64,000 nt of DNA from Patescibacteria group bacterium (GCA_028699085.1 JAQVVF010000002.1:68557-132556); one strand, 5' to 3'; shown: positions 18,035 through 25,860, counted from the first letter of the stretch. The notes: generated by a model not told the origin, from the sequence alone. Translations and numbers: made by a program.

Positions 18035-18042
18035 TTTGAAAC

Positions 18043-18075
18043 AAAAAACGGATCTTTCCAGAATCCGTTTTTTTA
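18043..18075. terminator. Bidirectional terminator between convergent genes
   Basis: ACGGAT (18048-18053) pairs with ATCCGT (18063-18068), flanked by an A-run on the 5' side and a T-run on the 3' side. Confidence 0.75.
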
Positions 18076-18096
18076 TTTAAAATAATCCTTTTAATA

Positions 18097-18879
18097 TTAC
18101 ATCGGCCTCAATGTTCCAGAAAAAATTTGCCAAGCCAAAGCTGATTTTGCAATCAAACTTAATAGAATATAAATTGATTCGCCATACAAATAATTTTTCC
18201 AAGGCCCAACTTTCCTATACTGCAAAAACATATTTAAAGCAAAGATATCAAAAAACACAAATATCGAAATCAAAATTCCATAAACAAATTTTGGAATTAC
18301 ATCACCAACGGAAGAAACTGCTCCAGCAAAATAAAGATAAATCACAATCCATGGCACGATTCCCATAATGCAACCAAAAACAAAAGCAGTCCAATTGATC
18401 TTCGTCGTCAATTGATTATATTTTTCCATCATTAGCCCAAATAAAATCATTGCCGAATTAACAGTAAACATTAATATCAAGCTTGATAAGTCATACATAC
18501 CGCATAGCATTGAAATAATCACAATCATTAATGAAGAAGAAATAGCATATTCATACCATCTGATATAATTGATGTGCTTTTTTAAATTTCTTTCATAGAA
18601 TTTAAATAATACTGTTGCAGTCAAAAAATGAGCTAATGCTGAAAGAAATAAGAACATCGCTACCATCGGACCAATTCTCAATTCTGCAACTTCCTTTATA
18701 ACTGTTGTTATTGCTTTTGTTGCCAAATCAAAACTCAAATAAGATGTCGTGATTGGCAATTTAAAATCATTGCTCAACCACAACATTAAGCAAGCTTGAA
18801 TCAAATGGAAAAAACCCATCACTGCATTATAAATCCGCAGCTTGCGATAAGTTTTTTCAGAACCTGTTTTTGTTGTCAT
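18097..18879 (-). CDS. Heliorhodopsin
   Basis: 260 aa with 7 transmembrane segments. Near-collinear match, from memory, to heliorhodopsin 48C12: GFFHLIQ (H25), SALAHFL (H84), RWYEYAISSSLMIV (E110), FGCIMGIVPWI, YILLSLIAKSALAWQIFSGTL (K245 as the Schiff-base lysine). Confidence 0.9.
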   Translation of the reverse strand: MTTKTGSEKTYRKLRIYNAVMGFFHLIQACLMLWLSNDFKLPITTSYLSFDLATKAITTVIKEVAELRIGPMVAMFLFLSALAHFLTATVLFKFYERNLKKHINYIRWYEYAISSSLMIVIISMLCGMYDLSSLILMFTVNSAMILFGLMMEKYNQLTTKINWTAFVFGCIMGIVPWIVIYLYFAGAVSSVGDVIPKFVYGILISIFVFFDIFALNMFLQYRKVGPWKNYLYGESIYILLSLIAKSALAWQIFSGTLRPM

Positions 18880-18928
18880 TTTTATTTTTAAATTATTTTA
18901 TAAAGAAGCAATTTATGTATCTCTATTC

Positions 18929-19096
18929 TTATTTGCAATTTTCTTTTGGCATTTCCATATTTGGGTTGCCATGCTTCACCCACTTACCTTTTTCACAAAC
19001 CCAAGAATCTTCTGGAGTAGAAAATCTTAATATTAAAACAATTCCAATTCCTAAAATAATTATTGCCCCAATAATAATTAAAAGTGTTTTTTTCAT
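18929..19096 (-). CDS. 55-aa single-pass membrane/secreted protein (W.C.KGKWVKHGNP...C motif)
   Basis: Hand translation gives MKKTLLIIIGAIIILGIGIVLILRFSTPEDSWVCEKGKWVKHGNPNMEMPKENCK. It starts 9 nt after the stop of the upstream gene. The plus-strand ORF 18870..19109 is its antisense shadow. Confidence 0.6.
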   Translation of the reverse strand: MKKTLLIIIGAIIILGIGIVLILRFSTPEDSWVCEKGKWVKHGNPNMEMPKENCK

Positions 19097-19105
19097 TAAT
19101 TATCA

Positions 19106-20038
19106 TTAAACTTTAATAAGCTTTTCTTGTTTACCATGCCTGTAAGACAAATATAAAAAGAAAACTAAAAGCGAAATTGTAGATACCGGAGCAATCCAGA
19201 ATGGGAATTCTTTGCCAAAAGATTCTAGAATCATAATTGCGCCAAGAACTCCAATCGAATACATTGCGCCATTTTTTAAATAAGCAAATTTTGCAATCAC
19301 ATCTATTCCTTTGATTGTAAGCTCTCTAACTACAAGCGCGCCCAAACCATTACCAATCAAAATCAAAGGCACATAAATAGTAAAAGCAAAAGCACCAATT
19401 ACACCATCAATAGAAAAAGAAGCATCTAATACTTCTAAATAAAATATCTTGCTCCATGCGCCAACACTGCTTGATTTCAGCAATGTTTTGCCTTTTTCTT
19501 CGGCATTTTTCTTCAAACCATCAGTAATAAAAAAGGCAGTTGCGCCGATTGAAGTCGATAATGCCATTGCCGGATTTCCAGCGCTAACAGACAATCCAAT
19601 CATTACTGTAAAAAATACTGAGGCAATTGCATAAAACCAAACTCCTTGATGAAATATAATATGTTCAACTAAAAAAGCATATTTCTTTTTTTCCAGAAAT
19701 AGCCAAGACAAAGCAACAAACAGCAAATAAATTCCACCACCAGATAATAATAATGGCTTTGATTCTTCCAACGCATCTTTTATAGCTGGATCATTTGAAA
19801 AAGCAAATGTTATAACTTCAAAAAATCCTAGATCAGTATTAGCTAGCCAAACAATCAAAAAAGGCAAGATACCTCTAACCAAAAATACTGCAATCAACAA
19901 TCCCCAAAACAAAAATATTTTCCGAAATCTTTTCGGTAAAGTTTGTAAAACATGAGCATTAACAATTGCATTATCAACACTTGAAATGATTTCAAAAACA
20001 CACAAACCTAAAACAATAACTAGATCTTGTAATAACAT
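19106..20038 (-). CDS. TerC/DUF475-like integral membrane protein
   Basis: N-terminal EIISSVDNAIVNA motif typical of the TerC/DUF475 superfamily; 8 or more hydrophobic segments. Confidence 0.65.
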   Translation of the reverse strand: MLLQDLVIVLGLCVFEIISSVDNAIVNAHVLQTLPKRFRKIFLFWGLLIAVFLVRGILPFLIVWLANTDLGFFEVITFAFSNDPAIKDALEESKPLLLSGGGIYLLFVALSWLFLEKKKYAFLVEHIIFHQGVWFYAIASVFFTVMIGLSVSAGNPAMALSTSIGATAFFITDGLKKNAEEKGKTLLKSSSVGAWSKIFYLEVLDASFSIDGVIGAFAFTIYVPLILIGNGLGALVVRELTIKGIDVIAKFAYLKNGAMYSIGVLGAIMILESFGKEFPFWIAPVSTISLLVFFLYLSYRHGKQEKLIKV

Positions 20039-20105
20039 TCTTAAGTATTAAAAAAGTAATATTAATATATTATGATATTTTTTTGATTTTTGCTAGTTAA
20101 AAATA

Positions 20106-20294
20106 CTATTTTGTCTCACCACGAAAACCATATCCAGGTTTAACCTTTTTCTTAGCATGATGTTTTTTTTCAGCTTTTATTGTCTTGCCGATATTCTGTA
20201 CATCTTTAAATTCACCTGTCCTTTCTCTCTTAGTGTACAATTTTTTACCACGTCTTTCCATTTTTGTCCTAAAGACACCTTTTCTTTTTGGCAT
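20106..20294 (-). CDS. Small highly basic hypothetical protein
   Basis: A 62-aa Lys/Arg-rich ORF with no recognisable motif. Confidence 0.4.
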   Translation of the reverse strand: MPKRKGVFRTKMERRGKKLYTKRERTGEFKDVQNIGKTIKAEKKHHAKKKVKPGYGFRGETK

Positions 20295-20344
20295 AATTTT
20301 AAATTATTAATACTTATCCGCCAAAGTTCAATAGAACAAAGACG

Positions 20345-20376
20345 GAAAAAAATATACCTAGATAATCTAGGTATAT
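20345..20376 (-). terminator. Rho-independent terminator after the DEAD-box helicase gene
   Basis: 11-bp perfect stem: ATATACCTAGA (20352-20362) pairs with TCTAGGTATAT (20366-20376). On the minus strand it is followed by TTTTTTT. Confidence 0.8.
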
Positions 20377-20403
20377 TCTAACATAATATTTAAAAAATAT
20401 TAA

Positions 20404-21771
20404 TTACCAGCCAAGCCCATAATTAAATTGTCCGCCATTTCTTTTTGGAAAACGTCTGCTTCCTTGTCCGTCAGTTTGCTGACGTCCACGTCTTTGTCCT
20501 TGAAAATTAGATCTGCCTCTTCCTTGGAAGGAAGTATTAGTTCTAGCTTGTATTGGACGAAAAGAATTGAAAGCAGGCTGGATTGATTGCTCTAATTCTG
20601 GAGTTTTCGAAATACTAATGCTATTTCTAATTAGTCTTTCTATTTGAACAACTTTATATTTTTGATCTGACATAGCAAATGAAATTGCTCGTCCACCTTT
20701 TCCAGCTCTGCCAGTTCTACCAATTCGATGAACATAATCTTCTGGATCATCAGGCAAATCATAATTGATAACTAACTCAATACTTGAAACATCAATACCT
20801 CTTGATGCAACATCAGTTGCAACCAAAATTCTTGATCTGCCTTGCTTAAATAAATTTAAAGCTGCTTGTCTTTGAGCAAAGCTCTTATTGGAATGTATTT
20901 CAGAAGCATTGAATCCAGAAGTAATCAAAAATCTACATAATTTGCTTGCACCAAATTTAGTTCTAGTAAAAATTAATACAGTTCCTTTGTATTGTTTTAA
21001 CAATTTTGATACTAGTAATCTTTTTTGATGAGGATTTACAACAAACAATTCCTGATCAACATTTTCAGCTGCAGTGCCAGCTTGAGCTACTTCAATCCTG
21101 ATTGGACTTTTCATATATTTTGCTGCAATTGCAACTATTCTTCCAGGCATTGTTGCTGAAAACAACATCGTTTGCCTATTTGTTGGTACAGTTTCCAATA
21201 TTTCTTTAATTTGAGGCGCAAAACCCATATCTAGCATTCTGTCAGCTTCATCCAAAACTAAAGTATTAACTTTGCTTAAATTCAAATTGCGTCTTTGTAA
21301 ATGATCAATTATACGGCCTGGAGTGCCGATAATAATGTGTGGATGGCTATAGATTCTTTGTCTTTGCATGCTCATTGATGCGCCACCGACCAATATCGCA
21401 GTTTTGAGACCAAGAGTCCTGCCAATTTTTAATAATGATTCATCAACCTGCATCGCCAATTCTCTTGTTGGCAAAAGAATTAAACCTTGACCATTTGTCT
21501 TGGCAATTCTTTGCATCATTGGCAAACCAAAAGCCATTGTCTTACCAGTACCAGTTTGAGCTATGCCGATAATATCTTTTTCAGAAATAGCAACTGGAAT
21601 AGCCTTTTCTTGAATTGGAGTTGGAATTGTAAATTGTTGTTTTTTCAACGAATTTAAAAGATCTGGGACTAATCCTAGATTTAAAAACGACGCTTTCTTT
21701 GAAAGCACTGCTTCATTTGACATAAATATGTGATCCGATTCCTGCGACGTCACATATTTAGGTAAATGCAT
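20404..21771 (-). CDS. DEAD-box ATP-dependent RNA helicase with an Arg/Gly-rich C-terminal tail
   Basis: Q-motif region, AQTGTGKT, DEAD, SAT and HRIGRTGRAG motifs. The start is uncertain (Met at 21771 or 21723). Confidence 0.93.
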   Translation of the reverse strand: MHLPKYVTSQESDHIFMSNEAVLSKKASFLNLGLVPDLLNSLKKQQFTIPTPIQEKAIPVAISEKDIIGIAQTGTGKTMAFGLPMMQRIAKTNGQGLILLPTRELAMQVDESLLKIGRTLGLKTAILVGGASMSMQRQRIYSHPHIIIGTPGRIIDHLQRRNLNLSKVNTLVLDEADRMLDMGFAPQIKEILETVPTNRQTMLFSATMPGRIVAIAAKYMKSPIRIEVAQAGTAAENVDQELFVVNPHQKRLLVSKLLKQYKGTVLIFTRTKFGASKLCRFLITSGFNASEIHSNKSFAQRQAALNLFKQGRSRILVATDVASRGIDVSSIELVINYDLPDDPEDYVHRIGRTGRAGKGGRAISFAMSDQKYKVVQIERLIRNSISISKTPELEQSIQPAFNSFRPIQARTNTSFQGRGRSNFQGQRRGRQQTDGQGSRRFPKRNGGQFNYGLGW

Positions 21772-21822
21772 GAGCGAGGCTCGAATCTATGGGTGAAAAC
21801 ACCCTAATTTCTAATTACTCTA

Positions 21823-21851
21823 AGTATAGCAAAAAATTAATCTTTTGTCAA
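21823..21851 (-). promoter_or_regulatory. Sigma-70-type promoter for the helicase gene
   Basis: On the minus strand, TTGACA (21851-21846), a 17-nt spacer, then TATACT (21828-21823). The 5' UTR contains the hairpin GGGTG-TTTT-CACCC. Confidence 0.55.
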
Positions 21852-21888
21852 TAAATAAAAAATCTAGTTGAATAAATTAACGTTAAGA

Positions 21889-22407
21889 TTAAATTTTTCG
21901 ACTATCATATGCCCAATGCAACACTGCCTGTCTTTGTCTTTTCCGGCAATCCCAATCACCCTTAAAACAATTTTTCTTAATCTGAGCAATATGGCGCTTT
22001 ATTGCCTTCCAACGCTTTATCTGACGCTGATCATCGTTGTGTCTTCTTCCCAAATAGTATCTACAATACCATTGAAACCAACCTCTAGGATCATCAACAT
22101 GAATCCATCCTTTAGCTCTCCAAACTGACAAAGGCTGACTAGCATTAATGCCAAAATAATTCAATTTTGGATCATGAAATTCATGACAAAGCTTTGCTTT
22201 TTTATACCAATCTACTGGAAATTCTTTTTTACAATCAGTCATATACTTTCCGCCAAAAACACCCATTTCTAACATTTCTTTCGGCGTAAGTTCGGGCCGA
22301 AATTCAGGATCAAAATTTTTACCCATTGGTTCTGTCAAATAATATCGATAATTCTTCTGCATTAAATCATTAACTACCACCAATTTTTTATACTTTTTAT
22401 TTTTCAT
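21889..22407 (-). CDS. Conserved hypothetical protein (Trp/Cys/Arg-rich, DPRGWFQWYCRYYLGRR motif)
   Basis: A 172-aa ORF. I recall the motif from uncharacterised proteins but cannot name the family. Confidence 0.6.
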   Translation of the reverse strand: MKNKKYKKLVVVNDLMQKNYRYYLTEPMGKNFDPEFRPELTPKEMLEMGVFGGKYMTDCKKEFPVDWYKKAKLCHEFHDPKLNYFGINASQPLSVWRAKGWIHVDDPRGWFQWYCRYYLGRRHNDDQRQIKRWKAIKRHIAQIKKNCFKGDWDCRKRQRQAVLHWAYDSRKI

Positions 22408-22565
22408 ATTAATATATTTTATTTTTCTTCAAAGACACTTCTTAATTCATCTTTTCTCTCCTTAAAATTTTCTTTCGGTTCCTTACTTTTTTTTATGCTC
22501 TTTATATCTAAAGTATATCAAAAATCTAATCAACAAAAAATCCCCACACAGGAGGATTTTTAATT

Positions 22566-23579
22566 TTATTTTATTTTTAAAATCTTACTCGGCGAATTAA
22601 ACATCGCATTCATCAAAGATTCAGCCACATGAAAAGGCTTGCCTCGATATGGCACTTCATGAATATCAAAACCAGGCATGTAATTTATTTCAATTATTCC
22701 AAATTTTTCAAACTTTTTAATATCAGAAGCAATCAAATCAATCGCGCAAAATCTTAATTGAAAAATTTCCGCAATTTCTACTGCCAACTTTTTATATTTT
22801 GGATTTACTTCACTATCACATTCAAATGATCTTCCTCCAGTACTAACATTAGCATTCTGTCGCAAAAAAACTTTGTCATCTTTCACAACAACATTATCCT
22901 CAGTTAATTTCTTTTCTCTCAAATTTCTTCTGAATTCAAAATCATTTACAATTGGACATAATGGCTGATCTTTGCCTACTCCTGGCTGATCATTATATTC
23001 GTCAATTAATTGTCTGATTGTTTGCTTACCATCTCCATCAACATAGGCAGGCTCACGTCGCAATGATGTTAACACTTTTCCGTCCATCACCAACAATCGA
23101 TAATCACAACCAAAAAGATATTCTTCAATCAGAAAAGAATTCGGTCTGCCTTTTTTACGACGATTATATTTGTAAACCTCTTTAATTGCTCCAATCAAAC
23201 ATTCCTTATCTTTTATTCCAACAGTTACTGCATGTCCTTGACTGCCATCTATTGGTTTGACCACAACAGGAAATTTAATAATTTTCTGATCAACCATCTG
23301 CAAAGTCTTGCGCATATTTTTCAAAATCCAACCCTTTGGATTCGGAATTTTATGTTTATTCAAGATCAATTTTGCCAAAGCTTTATTACCAGAAACAGTG
23401 CAAGAAACATGGCTATTCAAATCAGGCACATGCCATTTTACATAGACATTTTTACCTTTTTTACTGAATATTCTTAAACCTCTAGCTTTATCAACTAGCT
23501 CAACATCAACACCATTTTTCTCGGCTGCCGATAATAACGCTCCCGTGCAATTAAATTTCGAATACGGTATTTTTTCCAT
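22566..23579 (-). CDS. Stand-alone ATP-grasp ligase resembling the cyanophycin synthetase G (ATP-grasp) domain
   Basis: FPVVVKPIDGSQGHAVTVGI, LIEEYLFGCDYRLLVMDGKV, REPAYVDGDGKQTIRQLIDEYN, LRQNANVSTGG and IIEINYMPGFDIH all parallel CphA segments recalled from memory. There is no Mur-ligase-like domain. Confidence 0.75.
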   Translation of the reverse strand: MEKIPYSKFNCTGALLSAAEKNGVDVELVDKARGLRIFSKKGKNVYVKWHVPDLNSHVSCTVSGNKALAKLILNKHKIPNPKGWILKNMRKTLQMVDQKIIKFPVVVKPIDGSQGHAVTVGIKDKECLIGAIKEVYKYNRRKKGRPNSFLIEEYLFGCDYRLLVMDGKVLTSLRREPAYVDGDGKQTIRQLIDEYNDQPGVGKDQPLCPIVNDFEFRRNLREKKLTEDNVVVKDDKVFLRQNANVSTGGRSFECDSEVNPKYKKLAVEIAEIFQLRFCAIDLIASDIKKFEKFGIIEINYMPGFDIHEVPYRGKPFHVAESLMNAMFNSPSKILKIK

Positions 23580-23717
23580 GATTTAAAACTTTCTTTATAT
23601 TTTTATATAAAAAGACACTCTGTCCAGACTGTCTTTTTAGAAAAACTTGATTATTTGATTATTATGATATAATAACAAAAATTAAATAATATGTCAAGTT
23701 TGCAACTTTTTATCACT

Positions 23718-23788
23718 TCGGGGACCCGGGAATCGAACCCGGTCTACATCCACCCCATGGACGCGTACTACCGGTATACTAGTCCCCG
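23718..23788 (-). tRNA. tRNA-Pro (anticodon GGG)
   Basis: Manual cloverleaf: acceptor CGGGGAC/GTCCCCG with discriminator A, anticodon stem CGTCC/GGATG, loop AUGGGGU, T-arm CCGGG-TTCGATT-CCCGG. No encoded CCA. A TTGATT-17-TATAAT promoter lies just upstream. Confidence 0.9.
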
Positions 23789-23828
23789 ACTTAAACATTA
23801 TTATATGCTTTAACAACCGCAAAATCAA

Positions 23829-23858
23829 CAAAAAAAAAGAAGCTATATATAACTTCTT
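23829..23858 (-). terminator. Terminator after the lipoprotein gene
   Basis: AAGAAG (23837-23842) pairs with CTTCTT (23853-23858) plus inner A/T pairs. On the minus strand it is followed by a long T-run. Confidence 0.55.
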
Positions 23859-23901
23859 ACATAAAAAAACAAAAAATATCATAGATCAAAATTAGAATTT
23901 T

Positions 23902-24555
23902 CTATTCGATTACTTCACATCTTATTGTCGGCTTGTTGCTCCATACGTACACCGCAGTAAGTGTAATATCAGCAACTGTCTCACTACCAACTGTTTGATA
24001 AAAACTAGTTTGGTACACATTGAAACGCAAAGAATCACTTCCTATAGACCTTTTGCTTCCATCATCTTCAATAATAAAACATTCGGAATCAACAAATTTA
24101 CTTTCTTTCCCATTGAGCGGAGCTTCTACTTTGACCTCATAACCACCAATCAATAAATTAGAAAAAGAATATGTCCCATCAAAATCTGGCGTATCAATTC
24201 CTTCATATTGGCAAAGAGGATTAGATCTACAAGCATCTATTAAATCGCTGTTATTGCCCTTATAGCTATACCGTATTCTCAGTTCCGTTTCAAAATCATT
24301 ATATTGCCCATTACATTCATGTTTATAAGTGTCTTCAACAAATACGCATTGTATTTTTCTACCTTCTTTCATGGCAGAATAAGGAATAACGCCTCCTCCC
24401 GGAAACCTGATATATATACTACCAGACACGCTTCCAAACTGATCTTCTGACAAAGTAATGGTTTGATTTTGACTCTGATCTTGTTCACAAGACAACAAAA
24501 CGCTTATCAAAACAAATATCACGACACTGAAAAATCGAGTCTTGTTCTCTAACAT
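23902..24555 (-). CDS. Predicted lipoprotein with a carboxypeptidase-regulatory-like beta-sandwich segment
   Basis: Start chosen at the ATG preceded by GAGGAGGG. Signal peptide MLENKTRFFSVVIFVLISVLLSC with a lipobox-like LLSC. GTYSFSNLLIGGYEVKV resembles the CarboxypepD_reg pattern. Confidence 0.6.
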   Translation of the reverse strand: MLENKTRFFSVVIFVLISVLLSCEQDQSQNQTITLSEDQFGSVSGSIYIRFPGGGVIPYSAMKEGRKIQCVFVEDTYKHECNGQYNDFETELRIRYSYKGNNSDLIDACRSNPLCQYEGIDTPDFDGTYSFSNLLIGGYEVKVEAPLNGKESKFVDSECFIIEDDGSKRSIGSDSLRFNVYQTSFYQTVGSETVADITLTAVYVWSNKPTIRCEVIE

Positions 24556-24644
24556 TCTCCCTCCTCTTTTGGGTTTCAACTATCACGAAATAATTTTCTA
24601 AAGATCTTTCTTTACATAAATTAATTTTCTTTAAACATTAATTT

Positions 24645-24672
24645 ACATTACAACACTTTTCTATTTTGTCAA
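24645..24672 (-). promoter_or_regulatory. Candidate promoter for the lipoprotein gene
   Basis: On the minus strand, TTGACA (24672-24667), a 16-nt spacer, then TAATGT (24650-24645). Confidence 0.45.
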
Positions 24673-24673
24673 T

Positions 24674-24697
24674 AAAAAAAGCCACATTGCTGTAGCT
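24674..24697 (-). terminator. Terminator closing the CC/CDC operon
   Basis: The minus-strand RNA AGCUACA-GCAA-UGUGGCU forms a 7-bp stem with one G-U pair, followed by UUUUUUU. Confidence 0.65.
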
Positions 24698-24713
24698 CTA
24701 CAAAAAGAACAAA

Positions 24714-24911
24714 TTAACCACGAAGTTTCAAAAAATTCAATCTCTTATCTTTCGTTTTTCTCTGAATCGGAACTGTCAAAAATTTTTTCTTACAATGCTC
24801 AAAAGGAATACCTTCGCCTCGTCTTGTTTGATTTAACATAAAAACAGAATCTACCGACAAATGGTTGCTGAACAAAGTAATGAGCAATGCTTCAAAAAGT
24901 CTGCTTCCCAT
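24714..24911 (-). CDS. 65-aa hypothetical protein overlapping the 3' end of the upstream gene by 20 nt
   Basis: Start chosen at ATG 24911 because AGGAGA lies 6 nt upstream. The protein begins MGSRLFEALLITLFSNHLSVDSVFMLNQTRRGEGIPFEHCKKKF... and has no recognised family. Confidence 0.45.
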   Translation of the reverse strand: MGSRLFEALLITLFSNHLSVDSVFMLNQTRRGEGIPFEHCKKKFLTVPIQRKTKDKRLNFLKLRG

Positions 24912-25308
24912 CTTGATCTCCTGTATCATCGAATATCCCTGAGAATCTGACCAAATCAGTCCTTAAATCACCAGGTCTCTTTCTTTCATCCTGCAATAAA
25001 AAATGGAAACCTTTGCCTTCAGATTCAACAGGATTACTATCATGTGGCAAAATCACCAAGTTCCAATTCTGAATACAGGTAGTATCTTGAAAAGGATTGA
25101 AATTCCTCAAGATCTCACAATCACATTTGATTTTCAAAGCCATGAAAAAAATGGTTACCCTTCCGAAATGAATTCTGCCAATTCCATTTTTTTGCATTTC
25201 ATTATATTCAGCGATCACTTCTCTGGTCTTTTCCAAACTATGAATTCCACCTTCACAACAACCAGCACGTCGCGCATTCAATTCTTGGTAAAAAGTTCCT
25301 ATCTGCAT
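24892..25308 (-). CDS. Hypothetical protein, CC...CDC motif, paralog A (138 aa)
   Basis: Start at the ATG preceded by GGAGGGGG (7-nt spacing). It is a paralog of the gene immediately upstream, shows higher GC than the host, and matches no recognised family. Confidence 0.65.
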   Translation of the reverse strand: MQIGTFYQELNARRAGCCEGGIHSLEKTREVIAEYNEMQKNGIGRIHFGRVTIFFMALKIKCDCEILRNFNPFQDTTCIQNWNLVILPHDSNPVESEGKGFHFLLQDERKRPGDLRTDLVRFSGIFDDTGDQDGKQTF

Positions 25309-25309
25309 T

Positions 25310-25702
25310 TCACACCCCCTCCGATCCGACACAGCACTGCGGCATCATCGGATCGCATACGCCACGCACGTAATCTAAATTGATTACACCCAAATCACCA
25401 ATCGAAATTCCCTTTCGCACTCCCTTAATAGACAAATCCCACTGCTCAGACAGCCACCCATTGCCCATATTCAAACATTCCACCTGGCAATCGCATCTCG
25501 CTCCAATTTCCATCAAAAATTCAATCGCCCAATCAGCACGAATTGAAAACTCCAAAGACAGCTCCTGCACTCTGCTAAAAGAATGAACATCATTGCTGCA
25601 ACATTTACGGCCTTCGCGCATCAACTTTACAAAACCAATCAAATCCAAACTGCCTTTTTCAATAGAAAAACCAGAATCGTAAATAGAGCTCATTGGACTC
25701 AT
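25310..25702 (-). CDS. Hypothetical protein, CC...CDC motif, paralog B (130 aa)
   Basis: Start at the ATG preceded by GGAGGA. Its TGA stop is separated from the ATG of paralog A by 1 nt (TGA-A-ATG). Both share CC..(G/D)(I/V)HS(L/F), CDC, W(N/D)L(V/S)I and GDL. Confidence 0.65.
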   Translation of the reverse strand: MSPMSSIYDSGFSIEKGSLDLIGFVKLMREGRKCCSNDVHSFSRVQELSLEFSIRADWAIEFLMEIGARCDCQVECLNMGNGWLSEQWDLSIKGVRKGISIGDLGVINLDYVRGVCDPMMPQCCVGSEGV

Positions 25703-25830
25703 TTCCTTTTCCTCCATCACCAGCATAACTTTTGCTGGTTGCCTGCCAAAATTGGCAGGTCTTTTTTACCTTTTGGGCGTCAAATTTAAGAACAAAAAAT
25801 TGACATCAAAATGTCAAAAGAACATATCTA
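25703..25830 (-). promoter_or_regulatory. Structured 5' leader of the CC/CDC operon (three hairpins/palindromes)
   Basis: On the minus strand: TTGACAT-TTTG-ATGTCAA followed by TTTTTTG (25800-25817), CCTGCCAA-TT-TTGGCAGG (25742-25759), and ACCAGCA-6/7 nt-TGCTGGT (25719-25739) ending 3 nt before the SD. Confidence 0.5.
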
Positions 25831-25832
25831 CT

Positions 25833-25860
25833 AATATATACTATTTTAATATTTTGTCAA
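25833..25860 (-). promoter_or_regulatory. Sigma-70-type promoter of the CC/CDC operon
   Basis: On the minus strand, TTGACA (25860-25855), a 16-nt spacer, then TATATT (25838-25833). Confidence 0.55.

Noticed and set aside
18870-19109. 79-aa plus-strand ORF
   Set aside because: It is the shadow of the 55-aa minus-strand membrane protein (18929..19096). That protein has a clean signal/anchor and a recognisable W.C...W..HG.P motif.
23694-23882. 62-aa minus-strand ORF
   Set aside because: It overlaps the tRNA-Pro gene (23718..23788) and its promoter. The apparent protein is a read-through of structured RNA sequence.
25003-25789. Plus-strand ORFs 25003..25383, 25380..25586 and 25583..25789, antisense to the CC/CDC genes
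   Set aside because: They have no SD or promoter context on the plus strand. The minus-strand ORFs have GGAGG sites at proper spacing, a TGA-A-ATG junction and mutual paralogy.
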